This document shows positions 43,831 to 55,186 of a stretch of 58,894 nucleotides of DNA, one piece after another. Positions within the stretch are counted from its first letter, which is position 1. Each line of letters begins with the position of its first letter. Origin of the DNA: a virus (lineage: Duplodnaviria > Caudoviricetes); IMG/VR virus record IMGVR_UViG_3300042332_001561, positions 1 through 58,894 of that record. One strand, given 5' to 3'. The position numbers and the translations under genes were made by a program. The notes under the pieces were generated by a model. It made no database searches. It had not been told where the DNA came from and saw only the letters and a program-made list of their open reading frames with translations.

Positions 43831-44765
43831 TACGATACTCCAGTTATATTCTTAGTCAACAAATATGGACTTATTTGTTCTTCACCAAAAGTTAAAAATT
43901 GATCTAAAGAATAAGAAAAACTATTAATTTTTACTTTATTAGATGATGATAATGGATTTTTTTCTTCATCACAAACTATTTCAAAAAGATAGTCACCTTT
44001 TGGTAAGTCTTCTTTAGAATATATTATTTTATCACTCTTTGTAGTAGAGAATAAATCTATTATTAAATTATTTTCAACAAAGATATTTTCTGGTGTTGCT
44101 TCATTCTTTACTGATAAAATAGTTAATTTAATTTTTCCACGATCTGGTCCAACTTCACAATTAAGATTAAAATTTGGACCAGTAAATATGCCTGAGACTT
44201 TTGCTCCAGCTATTGTAGATTCCCCACTCTTCCAATCTACGTTCTGATTTAAAAAAGAAAATCCATAATAGGCGATATCTTCAATGTTTACTGTAAGTAG
44301 CAAATTTCTATCTACTTCAACAGAAGATGAATAACTTGAAATTTGTTCTAGTGTTTCTTGGTATTCTTCATTTCCATCATTTGTAACTTTTATCAAGTTT
44401 TTAATTTTTTTAGTCTTATAATATAAATTATATTCTTTTTGTATATCTTCGTTTTTCAAGTGTGTTTCTGCAGTTTGAAAATATAAAAGATTATCAACTA
44501 TTTTAGATGGAACACAGATAAATTCTGTTGAATCCTCTGATTCATTTTCATATGAAACAATATAAGATCTATCATCTATAAATTCATTTAATTGTGAATT
44601 AATAAATGAATCTATTTTATGTTCATTAAGGTCAACAAATAACCAAGTATCTTTTTCTATATTTTGTTTTACTGTAGGGAAAAAAATTCTTCTTTTTAAA
44701 TTACCATACTTATAATTTTGTGAAGGAAGTTCTTCTCCAAGTTTTATATATCTAAACCAGGACAT
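43830..44765 (-). CDS. Hypothetical virion protein
   Basis: 311 aa ORF translationally coupled to its neighbours. Confidence 0.55.
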   Translation of the reverse strand: MSWFRYIKLGEELPSQNYKYGNLKRRIFFPTVKQNIEKDTWLFVDLNEHKIDSFINSQLNEFIDDRSYIVSYENESEDSTEFICVPSKIVDNLLYFQTAETHLKNEDIQKEYNLYYKTKKIKNLIKVTNDGNEEYQETLEQISSYSSSVEVDRNLLLTVNIEDIAYYGFSFLNQNVDWKSGESTIAGAKVSGIFTGPNFNLNCEVGPDRGKIKLTILSVKNEATPENIFVENNLIIDLFSTTKSDKIIYSKEDLPKGDYLFEIVCDEEKNPLSSSNKVKINSFSYSLDQFLTFGEEQISPYLLTKNITGVS

Positions 44766-46474
44766 TATTCTACCTCAGCTATTATTATTTCATATTCTGG
44801 AACTAAGTCTGTATCTGGAGATTCTATAGATATTACCAAATCTATAACCGGAATTCCTCCATCTATAATATCAGAAATAAAAGAATCTACACCTATTGAA
44901 AGTGGCTTTGCAACGTACGTTTCAGAATCTTGTTTTGGAGTATCATAATCTATGTCTGTTGATTTTATTCTAACAGAGCCATCAAGGCCATTGTGTGAAT
45001 GTGAAGATATATTGACTCCATCTATTGTTGAATCATTATCAACTAAAATATTGCCAGTTATAGTTCCACCAGACTTTAATAAGTACTGAGGATGATGATC
45101 CTCTTCTAGTCCTGATAAGCTTGCGTGATTTGATATTAGGTCACTCTCATATTTTAACTTATATTCAGAATTTTGAAAGAACGTAAGATAATCATCTTTT
45201 TTAACATTAACAACTACTTTTTGTTTTTGTGTTCCTTTAAAAGATAATTGAAAAAGATAATTGCAGTATTTTCTTTTATTATTAATGAAGTAAAACAAAG
45301 AGTCTATTTTTGCACTTATAATATGACTTCTCTGAATCATGTCAGTTAGTATCATTCCGACGTTTGCATTGATTACATTTGTTGCAATAACTAATTCTGA
45401 TGACAAGATCGGAGCAGATGGAACAATTGATGTTGTATAGAAACTTAACTCCATTGGAGAGCTAATATCTTTTTTAAATACTAAAGCTTGATGAAGATAT
45501 CTTTTATAGAAAATCTCGCAATTGTCTGTATATTCTTTTTTAAGATTTTCTAAAAGATTTTCTATTTCTTCATTAACAGAATCTAATCGAATCGCAAAAA
45601 ATGCTTGGAATTCAATGGCTTGTTTTTGTGTGATTTTATCCAACTCGGCAGCTGGGATCTCTCCTGGTTTCGATAATATGATCTGTCTAATGCGTTTCGC
45701 GTTGTGTAATGCGACTTTTGCCCATGCATCGAACTGTACGGCAACTTGCTTTTGCGTATCATTTTCATATTCCTCCCTGAAAACATTAGTCAAAGTATTT
45801 TTTATTTCATATCCTTCGTTTAAAATATATGTACACAAATTTCTTAAATCAATTAAATAAGAGAATACAGAGTGTGATGTTACTCTTGAATATTCTTTTA
45901 TGAATCTTCTAGCGACATTTGACTCTGATCTATCTGCATACATATATTCTTCAAAAGATATATATGAAGGGTAAAGATTTTCAACTTTAATATACTGTCC
46001 AGTATTTTCATCAAAATATTGACTTCCACCCTTATAGACAGTATCTTCAGAACTTGGAATCTGTTCAATGATGTCTTGGGTTGTAATAGAATTATACTTA
46101 CATACTTCTCCCCATAACATTCTATGAGTTTCCTCTAATGAGGGAGATAAAGTATAATCTATCTGAATATTAGACATTAAAGTTTCTATTTCTTCTATTA
46201 TTTTTGACAATTGAAACATAGCTTCATTCATCTCAATATTTAAAGAATCTAAAGGAATATAATATTCATCTTTAAATGATAGGTCGGCAGCGTTTGGTAT
46301 TATTTGATCAAATAGTGTCTTTGATTTTTTTTCTAAATTATCTTCAAAATAATAAGACTGATCATTATCTAAGCCTTCATAAGTTCCAGTTTTTTCATTA
46401 AAGAATTTAGAACCGCCTGCATAAATGTTTTTATCTTGTCCTGGCGTGTTTTTATTTATATTGTTAACTGACAT
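44765..46474 (-). CDS. Hypothetical virion protein
   Basis: 569 aa; HASLSGLEEDHHPQYL..SGGTITG and HSHNG motifs typical of tail/baseplate proteins; short internal repeat Y.GGS..F.E.TG.Y. Confidence 0.55.
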   Translation of the reverse strand: MSVNNINKNTPGQDKNIYAGGSKFFNEKTGTYEGLDNDQSYYFEDNLEKKSKTLFDQIIPNAADLSFKDEYYIPLDSLNIEMNEAMFQLSKIIEEIETLMSNIQIDYTLSPSLEETHRMLWGEVCKYNSITTQDIIEQIPSSEDTVYKGGSQYFDENTGQYIKVENLYPSYISFEEYMYADRSESNVARRFIKEYSRVTSHSVFSYLIDLRNLCTYILNEGYEIKNTLTNVFREEYENDTQKQVAVQFDAWAKVALHNAKRIRQIILSKPGEIPAAELDKITQKQAIEFQAFFAIRLDSVNEEIENLLENLKKEYTDNCEIFYKRYLHQALVFKKDISSPMELSFYTTSIVPSAPILSSELVIATNVINANVGMILTDMIQRSHIISAKIDSLFYFINNKRKYCNYLFQLSFKGTQKQKVVVNVKKDDYLTFFQNSEYKLKYESDLISNHASLSGLEEDHHPQYLLKSGGTITGNILVDNDSTIDGVNISSHSHNGLDGSVRIKSTDIDYDTPKQDSETYVAKPLSIGVDSFISDIIDGGIPVIDLVISIESPDTDLVPEYEIIIAEVE

Positions 46475-46482
46475 TTTTACCC

Positions 46483-48333
46483 CTAAAACATTCTTCTAGA
46501 TATTCTAGTTGATTTTTTCTTCTTAGAAAATCCAGAAGGTTTTATAGCAGAGCCTCTTCCTGTGATCATGATTTTTGATTCAGGTTCTTCTTCGGCAACT
46601 GTTTTTTTATTCGGCATGAAGAAAGCATTTGAAAAGGTTTCCGTATTTGTAGCATATGAAACCTTTGAAAGTTCTCCATAGTTTTGTGTTATAGCTAGAA
46701 GTGCCAGCATAAGTGCATCGTGTGCGTGATCCATTGCTGATCCTGCTGCTTCAAAAACTGGTCTTCCTGTTTGTGTTGTTCTTACAACAACATAAGAAAT
46801 TAATTGTAAATAAAGTTCTTCATCTTTTTCTGGAAATAGAATATTTTCTCTTTCTAGAAATTGTCTTAAGTTATCAACCATAAAAGGTTTCATTTCTTTT
46901 TTTACTAACATTTTAGTATAAGGGTCTCTTATATCCAACGTCTCAGCAAAAGATACTCCTTTTACTTTTTCTTTTAATCCACTTCTAGGATCTTCTATAC
47001 CCTTCTTGTGAAGTAGCTCAACTTGAACTTCTCCAAATCCCCTGTCAACATATATATGTTTTGGATTAAATATTTGATTTAATTCAACTATTCTATCAAC
47101 GGCTTTTGTTAAAGTATATTCAGATCTAACAATCTCTTCTCTGTATGCTACTCGTGTTTTATTTCTGAATCTTGAATCTTCATAATTTTCTGCACAAGCT
47201 TCAACTACGACAATATTTGTACCAGCACCGTATTTATCCCAGTCTACACCTATTGTAAAAAAGCTTCTTGCAGATGTTATCTCAGCATCATAGTTCCAAG
47301 AAGGTGATACAAAAGCTCTGTCTACATATTTTCTAGGATAAACACCTTCTGAGTCTTCGCCCCAATCAGCTTCAATTTCATGTCTATATCCAGACTCTGA
47401 ATATTGTTCTCTAAATTCATCTTCTTGGTCTTTAGAAAAATAAGGGTTACAGTATGATGGAAACCAAAATTCTCTAAACCTATTGCTATTACACCATTCC
47501 CAAAATCTTTCTCTTCTTCCGGTTGGTGTAGATGCACCCATTAAGACTTTATCTGGCTGATCTTCTGCTGTCTTTTGAAGCATTGCGTAAAGAGCATCTA
47601 GGTCATCTGCATGCATGTAGTCCATTTCGTCAAGAATAATTAAATGTGCTTCCTGACCACGAGCTACGTCTGACTTTCCACCTGAACGCATACCAGATGT
47701 AAAGAATCTAATAGTTGAACCATTAGAGAACTGAATCATAAACTGAGGACTGGTTACTTTTCTAGTTATAGAATTCATAACTATGTCATTCTTGGAAGCG
47801 ATTCTTAAAATTTCTTGGTAGATTAGTTCTACTTGAGTTTTCATTGGAGCAATAACTAGACATCTGCCATCTTTATGTGTATAGCTATAGTGAAGAAGAT
47901 TAATTGCCATAGTAAAAGTTTTACCAAGACGACGACCAGCTCTCAACACCTTACGCAAAGAAGGGTGTCTTAATATCATGATTTGATATACTCTTGGTTC
48001 TGCACTTAAGAAGTTCTTAGCCCAAGTTACAGGGTCTTTTGCAATGTGTATCTGCCTTTGTTGTTCTGCAGTTACTCCCATTGACAATAGCTGTCTATCT
48101 AGCTCAAATGGTTCATCAACAAGTAGAGATAATTCTTCATTTGTAAAATCTCTATCTAATACTGGTGTTCCATCACCCCAGTTTAAATGGTTTAATTTAT
48201 TTCTGAATACCCATTCAATTCTATTTACCTGTTTAAGTAATTCTGGGTCTTGTTCTTTAATTATTTCTAAAATATCTTCTCTTGGTAGTTCAGATACTTT
48301 TTTTCTAAATTCTTTAGTTTTATCAATAATCAT
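46483..48333 (-). CDS. terL: Terminase large subunit
   Basis: Walker A RAGRRLGKT, Walker B LIILDEMD, coupling motif ASTP, nuclease motifs IGVDWD and DHAHDA. Confidence 0.92.
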   Translation of the reverse strand: MIIDKTKEFRKKVSELPREDILEIIKEQDPELLKQVNRIEWVFRNKLNHLNWGDGTPVLDRDFTNEELSLLVDEPFELDRQLLSMGVTAEQQRQIHIAKDPVTWAKNFLSAEPRVYQIMILRHPSLRKVLRAGRRLGKTFTMAINLLHYSYTHKDGRCLVIAPMKTQVELIYQEILRIASKNDIVMNSITRKVTSPQFMIQFSNGSTIRFFTSGMRSGGKSDVARGQEAHLIILDEMDYMHADDLDALYAMLQKTAEDQPDKVLMGASTPTGRRERFWEWCNSNRFREFWFPSYCNPYFSKDQEDEFREQYSESGYRHEIEADWGEDSEGVYPRKYVDRAFVSPSWNYDAEITSARSFFTIGVDWDKYGAGTNIVVVEACAENYEDSRFRNKTRVAYREEIVRSEYTLTKAVDRIVELNQIFNPKHIYVDRGFGEVQVELLHKKGIEDPRSGLKEKVKGVSFAETLDIRDPYTKMLVKKEMKPFMVDNLRQFLERENILFPEKDEELYLQLISYVVVRTTQTGRPVFEAAGSAMDHAHDALMLALLAITQNYGELSKVSYATNTETFSNAFFMPNKKTVAEEEPESKIMITGRGSAIKPSGFSKKKKSTRISRRMF

Positions 48334-48335
48334 AA

Positions 48336-49763
48336 TTATCCAAAATGAGCTGCCATTGCACCAGCTTCAGATCCTAACATAGATCTTGCGTTTAGTCTAG
48401 AGTTCTGTATTGCCATCACACCTCTTGCTCTTGATGTCGCAGCAACTTCTGTATCTTTATATCCCATACCAAACGTAGGTTTACTAAAAGATCCCTGCAA
48501 TGACTTATTGGCGTCGCGTGCTAAGTTAATTCCACTCTTGATTACTTCCCCACCTATTTTACCAAGGTCATATACTAAAGATGCAGTTGCTAATACATTC
48601 AATCCAGGTATAGCAAGAGCTGCACCTCTCAAGCCCAGAGCTGCAGCTCCGCCTTTAGTTCCTAATGTTTTAGTTATTGAAACTCCTGCATTTTTAAAAG
48701 TAGATTTCAATGCTGTTTTTGCTAAGGCTTCATCCCCTAAAGCTGTACCTAACATTTTAACAACTTTGTCTGCACCTTTTTGTGCCATTGGAGATAATCC
48801 TGGTGTATCAAAATGTCCCAGTGCACCTCTGAACATTCCTGCTAAGTATTGTGTACCTTTTCCACCCATAGATGATGCCAGTAAGTTGCCTCTTATTCCA
48901 ACTTGTCCAACCCCTTTTCCTGTGACTGCTCCAGCCATACTTGAATCTACTAAACCTGGAGTAACTGTAGAGATTGACCCGGCCATTCCTCCGCCAACAA
49001 GTGAACTAGTAGATTGTAGTATTGCGGGATTATTCATTCCAGCTAATCTTTGAACTGTTCTGTCAACTTTTGATAATTTTCTTAATGCTCTTTCATTTCC
49101 AGCTAAGGCTTTTCTTTCTAGGATGTCTGTTTTTCTACCAGCAGTAACTGCTGAAAGTAACCCTGCACCTAAAATGTTTTCTCCATCTGTCGCATCAACT
49201 GCTTGAGCTAAACTTTTCATTGGACCAAATCTTGTCTTACCTATAGCTCTAACGCCTCCGGCATAAGAATATAATCCAGTCTCGGCTTGACTAAAAACGC
49301 TAAGAGAACTTACTCTTCTTAAAGCCCTTGGGTTAAGAGTTGCATTGTTAACTCTAGCTCCCCTAAAAACTGGATCCCTTAATGCAAAACCAGCTCCCCT
49401 TACCCTTGCTCCAGATGCATCAAACACATCTGCAACTCCGTTTGTGGTCCCTCTATATCTGCCAAATCTAGTAAATGCCCTATCGCTAATAGAGGGAGTT
49501 AATTGATTTGCTCCAGTTTTAGTAAATGCACCATACTTTGCTGCTCTTCTAGATCCGATTGTTCTTCCACGAACTGTTCTTCCAGAAAGCATTCTGTCAT
49601 CCATGAAGCCACCACCGGCCATCATGGTTCTAGAACCTCTTCCAGCGTTAAAAAGTATTCCCGCTGCTATACCTGGGGTATGCTCAATGGCCCTTAATGG
49701 AAGTGGTGGTTCTGGGACTTCTCCTGAATAAACTTCTTGTCCCGTAAATGGATCTAAAGGCAT
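48336..49763 (-). CDS. Basic Gly/Ala-rich protein, possibly an internal virion protein
   Basis: 475 aa, rich in Arg/Gly/Ala, with a hydrophobic segment near the C-terminus. Confidence 0.55.
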   Translation of the reverse strand: MPLDPFTGQEVYSGEVPEPPLPLRAIEHTPGIAAGILFNAGRGSRTMMAGGGFMDDRMLSGRTVRGRTIGSRRAAKYGAFTKTGANQLTPSISDRAFTRFGRYRGTTNGVADVFDASGARVRGAGFALRDPVFRGARVNNATLNPRALRRVSSLSVFSQAETGLYSYAGGVRAIGKTRFGPMKSLAQAVDATDGENILGAGLLSAVTAGRKTDILERKALAGNERALRKLSKVDRTVQRLAGMNNPAILQSTSSLVGGGMAGSISTVTPGLVDSSMAGAVTGKGVGQVGIRGNLLASSMGGKGTQYLAGMFRGALGHFDTPGLSPMAQKGADKVVKMLGTALGDEALAKTALKSTFKNAGVSITKTLGTKGGAAALGLRGAALAIPGLNVLATASLVYDLGKIGGEVIKSGINLARDANKSLQGSFSKPTFGMGYKDTEVAATSRARGVMAIQNSRLNARSMLGSEAGAMAAHFG

Positions 49764-49765
49764 AA

Positions 49766-50420
49766 TTAGTATCCGTTTCTTGAATTATGCATTCCGAGAA
49801 CTATGTTCCCCGAAGCATTCAAAGCTGCAGCTGTTGATGATGAGCTATTTCCATATGGAGAGTTTGCAAAGAAGTTTCTATTCATTCCGGCATAGGCTAT
49901 TGGTGAGCTGAGAACGGCAGCGGATCCTGCTGCTGTACCTAATGTTCCACCTGCTACACCACCTGCTACCCCAGCAAATATTTTACCTTTTAGTCCTGAA
50001 CCTCTTTTGCTAGCAGCTACAGCTCCACCTACAGCTCCACCAATAGCTCCAAGCCCACCAAGCCCTGCTGTAAGGCCAACTGTTGCACCAGTACCTGGCA
50101 CGTATGGATTCATTCTGAATTGATCCATAGGAGCAGTTCTTTGCATTAATCCACCAACTGTTCCTCCAGTTGCAGCACCTAGTAAATACCTACCAGACAG
50201 TTCACCACCAAGAAAGGTTTGATCAGCGTTTGGATCACCAAATGCTGCTTCCATAGCAAAGTCTTTCGCAGCAGGTGCTGATGTTTTCATCGCCCCTAGT
50301 CCCGCAATACCTGCTAACAGTCCGTCCAGCGACAAATCTATTACCAGTTGCTGCTTTACCAACAGATAGAGCACCTTTATTAACTGCTCTTATTCCTTTG
50401 CCTATAGATGATAATGCCAT
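49766..50420 (-). CDS. Gly/Ala-rich hydrophobic protein (~217 aa), joined by a +1 frameshift at CGG 50322-50324
   Basis: ATG at 50420 (GGAG SD, 2 nt after the upstream stop); junction GCT GGA C GGA CTG TTA gives NRFVAG-GLLAGIAGLGAM. Confidence 0.7.
50321..50324 (-). other. +1 recoding site F (GGA CGG A)
   Basis: In-frame CGG at codon 33; composition matches the gene's Gly/Ala style in frame 0 before the site and in frame +1 after it. Confidence 0.8.
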
Positions 50421-50422
50421 AA

Positions 50423-53400
50423 TTATGCTCCGTATAAATGATTATATTTGTTTGGCCCCATATTAGTGTGGCCTATTTTATTTCTATCCAAGTTACCTAC
50501 GACTCCAGCAGTAACAAGGGGATCTCTTCTGAAAGAACTTAGGTCAGACTGACTTAGTCTTGGACTCTGCCTATTTTGTCCTCCGTATTCAATAGGTTGA
50601 GATTCTACTGTTTCATCGTATACTTGATTTTCTTTATATTTACTATATGTATAGTAACCAACGCCAGCTGCTACTAGACCTATTCCTATATTTCTAATAT
50701 TTTTTTTGTTACCAATATAAAAATCTAACATTTTATTAGCACCAAGCCCCAGCCTAGACCTTGCAAATCGAGTCCTTAGTTGAGACTCTATTCCATTCTC
50801 AGAGATTACGGTAGCAGCTTCGTTTAAAGATTCTACTGCTTCTCGCCCAGATGCTCTAACAGTGCCAGATCTTCTCATGGTTTCTTCGTCTGCAAATGCT
50901 CCTACTCTCACCACATCTCCCTCTCCAAGTTCATCTATAAATTCTGCTGTCATATCCTTAACTAGGGCATCGTTTGTTGCGTCATATCCAACTCTAGCTA
51001 AGTTTCTAGTTGCTCTAGATCCAGTGGTATCGTCATAAGCTATACCTATTCCACCTTCTTCTTCAGCTCTCAAAAGCATATCGATAGCACTATCTCTTCC
51101 TGTAGATTCTATAGATGCGGCGGTTTTGACTATTCTTTCATTTTCTTCCATAAGTCTCTCATCTCCAGAGAGAGCTTCATGTTTAGACATAATGTCATCC
51201 ACTATTCTTGTCATAACTGTTCTCTTTTGATCTTTACTTAAATCTGAGTTCATTTTCCAGAATAGATTTACTTTTTCTGTGCCGTCAGCATTCTTAGCTA
51301 CAGACATGCTGACTCTTCCTGCTTTCATTCCACCTTCTGCAGCCAGAACATCGTTTGCAACTTCGTTAACCATCTGTACTGGTAGGAATAGTCTATTTGT
51401 TGTTTTTGCTTCAGTGCCAAGACCTTCTAATATTCTTATATCTTTTTGTCCAGCATAGTGAGACACTCCATATTCTGGAAGAATATCGGCAACGTCTGCG
51501 TACTTTAAGCTTTCCAATTGAGTTTCATAGGTAGATGCAAGAACATCATCTCCAGCGTCTCTTGCTGCAGTTAATCTTTGTCCGACTATACGTCTTGCGT
51601 CTTGTGCTCTTCCTGCGGTTGATTCGGCCATTATAGAACTAAATACGCGACTTCTTACATCTAGATTTGAATATACATTTCCCATGGCTTGAGAGCTCGC
51701 TGCATATTGTGTTGCTACGCTAAAAATATCGTCTGCTGTCGCATCTGCGCCAAGGCCATAGTTATTTAATCCCACAGCAAAGCCTGCATGTGATGGCATT
51801 CTTCCTCTTGCAATGTTTACCATATCTGGTATGTTTGGATTGCCACCAAACATTTTATAGGTTGATCCAATATTTTCTAATAAAGATTCTTGTGTAATTG
51901 CCGGTAATGCTCCTGGAGTTATAGCTCCAGCCATTCTTGACATTTCGTTAATTTGATGTGCTTGAAGAATGTTTATGCCAAGGCTTCCTATTCTATCTGC
52001 GAATTTATTTACATCCCTTGTTGCTCCCCAAGCAAGAGATGTTGTTCCTGTTGGACCTGCAGCTGCCCCTCTAAGAGTATCACCTATTATGCCTTCTGCA
52101 ATAGTTTGATCAACTTGTTGTACTCCTGCTGAAGTTGAATAATAATAACCTGTATATCTACCTGTGACTCCAGGAATAACGCCTTCTTCTATTGTTCCAT
52201 ACCCTAAGTTACCAGCAGACAAAGGATCTAATACTCCTTTTTCCAAACTAAGAGAAACCATTTTTTTAGCTTTTTCATCTCTTAATATAAAGTCCAACAT
52301 ATCATCAGATATATCTTCTACGCTAGATATATTTGTTGTTATTGTTGTTGCCGAAGATCTTGCTACTGCTTTTTGTGCTGCTACGACATGCTCATTATAC
52401 CTAGCTCCTCTTGGCGTTACTTTGAGCATTTTGCCTCCGCCGCTTGGATCATCTGTTACCATGTATTTTGCCATGTATGTCTGTAAGGCTGCATCTGTAT
52501 CAGCTATGTGAGTTCCCTTAAATATTCCTTCAAACACATCTCTTGCAAAAGTATCTCCCGACTCTGCGTCTTTGTATAATAAATCTAATACATTTGTATT
52601 GAGAGAAATAGCTTCCATTGAAGCATAAGGAGCAGAACCACCAGCTCTAATTCTAGCTAAAAATTCAGGAGAATATATTAATTCTCTAAACTTATCTAAT
52701 CTAGCAAAGTCGTCTGTACCGGCTGGTAAAGTATCTAGCATTTCATTAACTTGATCGTTTAAATATGTTCTAGTAAATTCCAAAGTATCTACAACTCTGC
52801 CATCTTCTGAGATAGCACCAAGTAGTTTACTTACAGCTGTTTTTGCTTCTGTGTTTTTATCAAACCCCTGCATTTGCTTCATTGTGCTTGTTAATGATCC
52901 GATGTCAAAAAATATATTGTGACCAGCTATTACATCTGCTTCTAATAATCTATTTATAAATTTTGTTGATTCATCTAAGAATTCAGAAGGATCCCTTAGT
53001 GCTAGACCACCAGTTTCTCTCTGTAAGAATTCGTTGGCTGTTTTTGTAATGCCGCCTCTTTGGCTAACTGTTAGTCCACCTAATTGTTCTGATGCAAAGT
53101 TTATTGTAGAATCAGTTGTGCCGTCTTATTATATTTCCTGCAACCATATCTACTTGACCCATAGATCTTGTTTGTGCGCCTCTAAAAATTCCAGTAGTTT
53201 CAACGTCAAAAGTTCTAATTACTTTTGGTGCACCAGTTGGTCCAACACCTCCCAGAAAAGAAGACATGTCCTGTCCTGAGACTTGCTTCAATTGCTGCAG
53301 GCCCATTAAGTTACCAACGCCTATGTTGTATGCATCTAAGCCCATAGCGTCTGGATTAACGTTAAACATGGTCCTGTTTAAAACTGCCATAAGTGGGTGC

Positions 53401-53861
53401 ATTGCCCCAGTAGATGATCTAGAGGTATCTACTTCATATCTAAATAATCTTCTATAAAGGTTTGCAGATGGTAGCTCTACGTTTGGTATGCCATTTCTTC
53501 CAAATAGTGTTCCAAGTCTTAAAACATCATCTCTAAACTTTTTTTCCAACTGTTCTGCTACATCTTTTCTTAAGATGCTTAAATCTATTTTTCCACCAGC
53601 TCTTAAGAAGTCTATATCAACTCCTGCAGCTTTTGTTGAATCAAGACCAGTGTCTAATGCATTTCTGTATAAAGATTGAAAATTTTCGTACCTAGTTAAG
53701 AATTCATCAGCGGTTCCGAAAAGTCTTTGAAATTCTGTATCTGCAACTATTCTTCCGGATGCATATCTTTCAAATCCTGCTGCTGCACCGCTTCTACCAA
53801 TAACTCTTCCTACTCTAGATACTGTTGATGGTAGTGGGTTTCTAGGATTCGGATAAACCAT
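50423..53861 (-). CDS. Large protein (~1145 aa) with a DEDDh 3'-5' exonuclease domain and C-terminal hydrophobic segment, joined by a +1 frameshift at CGG 53121-53123
   Basis: ExoI TFDVETTG lies before the junction; ExoII IAGHNIFFD, DTL and ExoIII HIADTDA lie after. Junction ATA AGA C GGC ACA ACT; +1 frame open across the apparent 229-nt gap. Confidence 0.8.
53120..53123 (-). other. +1 recoding site G (AGA CGG C)
   Basis: In-frame CGG at codon 247; zero-frame TGA after 2 more codons; the only CGG-C site. Confidence 0.85.
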
Positions 53862-54591
53862 TTTCTTCGTCTTCTATTTCTTTTATTTCTTGAGCTTCTA
53901 TGTATTCGTCAATTTCATAGATTCCAAGTTTCTTTTTAAGAAGCTTTTCTCTTTCTAGTTCTATTGATTGTACTTTATAGAGTATGTCAGATATTGCTTG
54001 AGCACTATCTGCTTGCATTTGTCCAACTTTTGCTTTTGCTTCTCTAGTTGCTAATAGTTGATTTCTTAAATCTTTTCTTCTTTTATGAAGTTTGTCTTCT
54101 AATTCAACAGCTAAGTGTAATTCTTTTTTAAGAATTGGTTCGCCAGTATTTTGATCTACACCTACTATGTTTTCCTGCACAAAATGTTCTTTTGCTAATA
54201 ATTTTGTTTTTCTTAAGTATTGAACTTCTTGATCCACCAGATCTCTAACCATAGACACTTCTACTAGGTTATCGGCTTGTACATCTAGTTGCTCCATGTA
54301 TTCAGAGGTAAACTGTTGAACCATTGACATTTCTATTGGACAAGGGTTTCCTTTTGGAGCAAGATTTTCTTTCATCAGTGGGCACGTGTCTGCGAAGATG
54401 CACTTGCTTGACTCACAGGTCATTGGTATTGATGAGAACATTGTTGTTCTTGTTTTTTGTGGTCTGACAAGTTCCACTATCTTTTGTTTATCTTGATCAG
54501 AAAAACTTTCTGGAAGAAATAGATCTGGCCTCAATGATTCAAAATCTTTTAAAAAATTTGTTTTATTACTATACTTTTCTACATCAGACAT
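53842..54591 (-). CDS. Hypothetical protein with a Cys cluster and coiled coil (possible terminase small subunit)
   Basis: CESSKCIFADTCPL..CPIE followed by a helical coiled coil. TerS is only a guess from size and region. Confidence 0.45.
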   Translation of the reverse strand: MSDVEKYSNKTNFLKDFESLRPDLFLPESFSDQDKQKIVELVRPQKTRTTMFSSIPMTCESSKCIFADTCPLMKENLAPKGNPCPIEMSMVQQFTSEYMEQLDVQADNLVEVSMVRDLVDQEVQYLRKTKLLAKEHFVQENIVGVDQNTGEPILKKELHLAVELEDKLHKRRKDLRNQLLATREAKAKVGQMQADSAQAISDILYKVQSIELEREKLLKKKLGIYEIDEYIEAQEIKEIEDEENGLSES

Positions 54592-54754
54592 TAAAGTCTA
54601 TCCATTCACTAGAATATTTACCATTTTCATGAAACTTTTCAAAAATTCCACTTTTACAAGATGAACAATACATATCTCTAAAAAATAATTTTTCATCAAA
54701 ATCATAATACTCAGACACAGTTGTTAAACTATCACTGCATCTGGGGCAAATCAT
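54584..54754 (-). CDS. Small zinc-ribbon protein (56 aa, not in the ORF track)
   Basis: MICPRCSDSL...MYCSSCKSG has two CxxC pairs; ATGA overlap with the upstream gene. Confidence 0.7.
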   Translation of the reverse strand: MICPRCSDSLTTVSEYYDFDEKLFFRDMYCSSCKSGIFEKFHENGKYSSEWIDFNV

Positions 54755-55164
54755 GATATTTCTTCAAGAAGCTTCAATAGACCTTCTTGTAGTTTCTTTT
54801 GTATCTCTTCATTTTCCGAAGAACGAACAAATGAACTTACATCTCTTATTTCATCTGCGGACAAGTAAGATGTAATTTTATATCTTGAGCCTCTGCATAC
54901 TTCGCAGTAGTTTTCTTTTTGATCAGAAAAACATACACACTTTTCTATAACTTCATAATTTTCCAAACACCTTGCTATGTCTAGCCATGTATTCTTAAAA
55001 AGTTTTTTTGTTTGTTCTTTATATGCTCTTAACTTTTGCTGATCATTAGATAGAAGAGTTCCCATATCTAAAGAATGTTTCATTAGAGAATTAATACTCT
55101 TATATAAAAAATTTGCTAACTGAAAATCACCATTTTGGTCGATATAACTCTTCCAATCACTCAT
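54751..55164 (-). CDS. Hypothetical protein with a CxC...CxxC motif
   Basis: 137 aa; KCVC...YCEVCRGS. Confidence 0.6.
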   Translation of the reverse strand: MSDWKSYIDQNGDFQLANFLYKSINSLMKHSLDMGTLLSNDQQKLRAYKEQTKKLFKNTWLDIARCLENYEVIEKCVCFSDQKENYCEVCRGSRYKITSYLSADEIRDVSSFVRSSENEEIQKKLQEGLLKLLEEIS

Positions 55165-55186
55165 AACATATTACATCTTTCTTTTA

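Noticed and set aside
46483-48333. Intein or intron in the terminase (or in recA)
   Set aside because: Lengths and motif spacing are normal, and no intein splice-junction or homing endonuclease motifs were seen.
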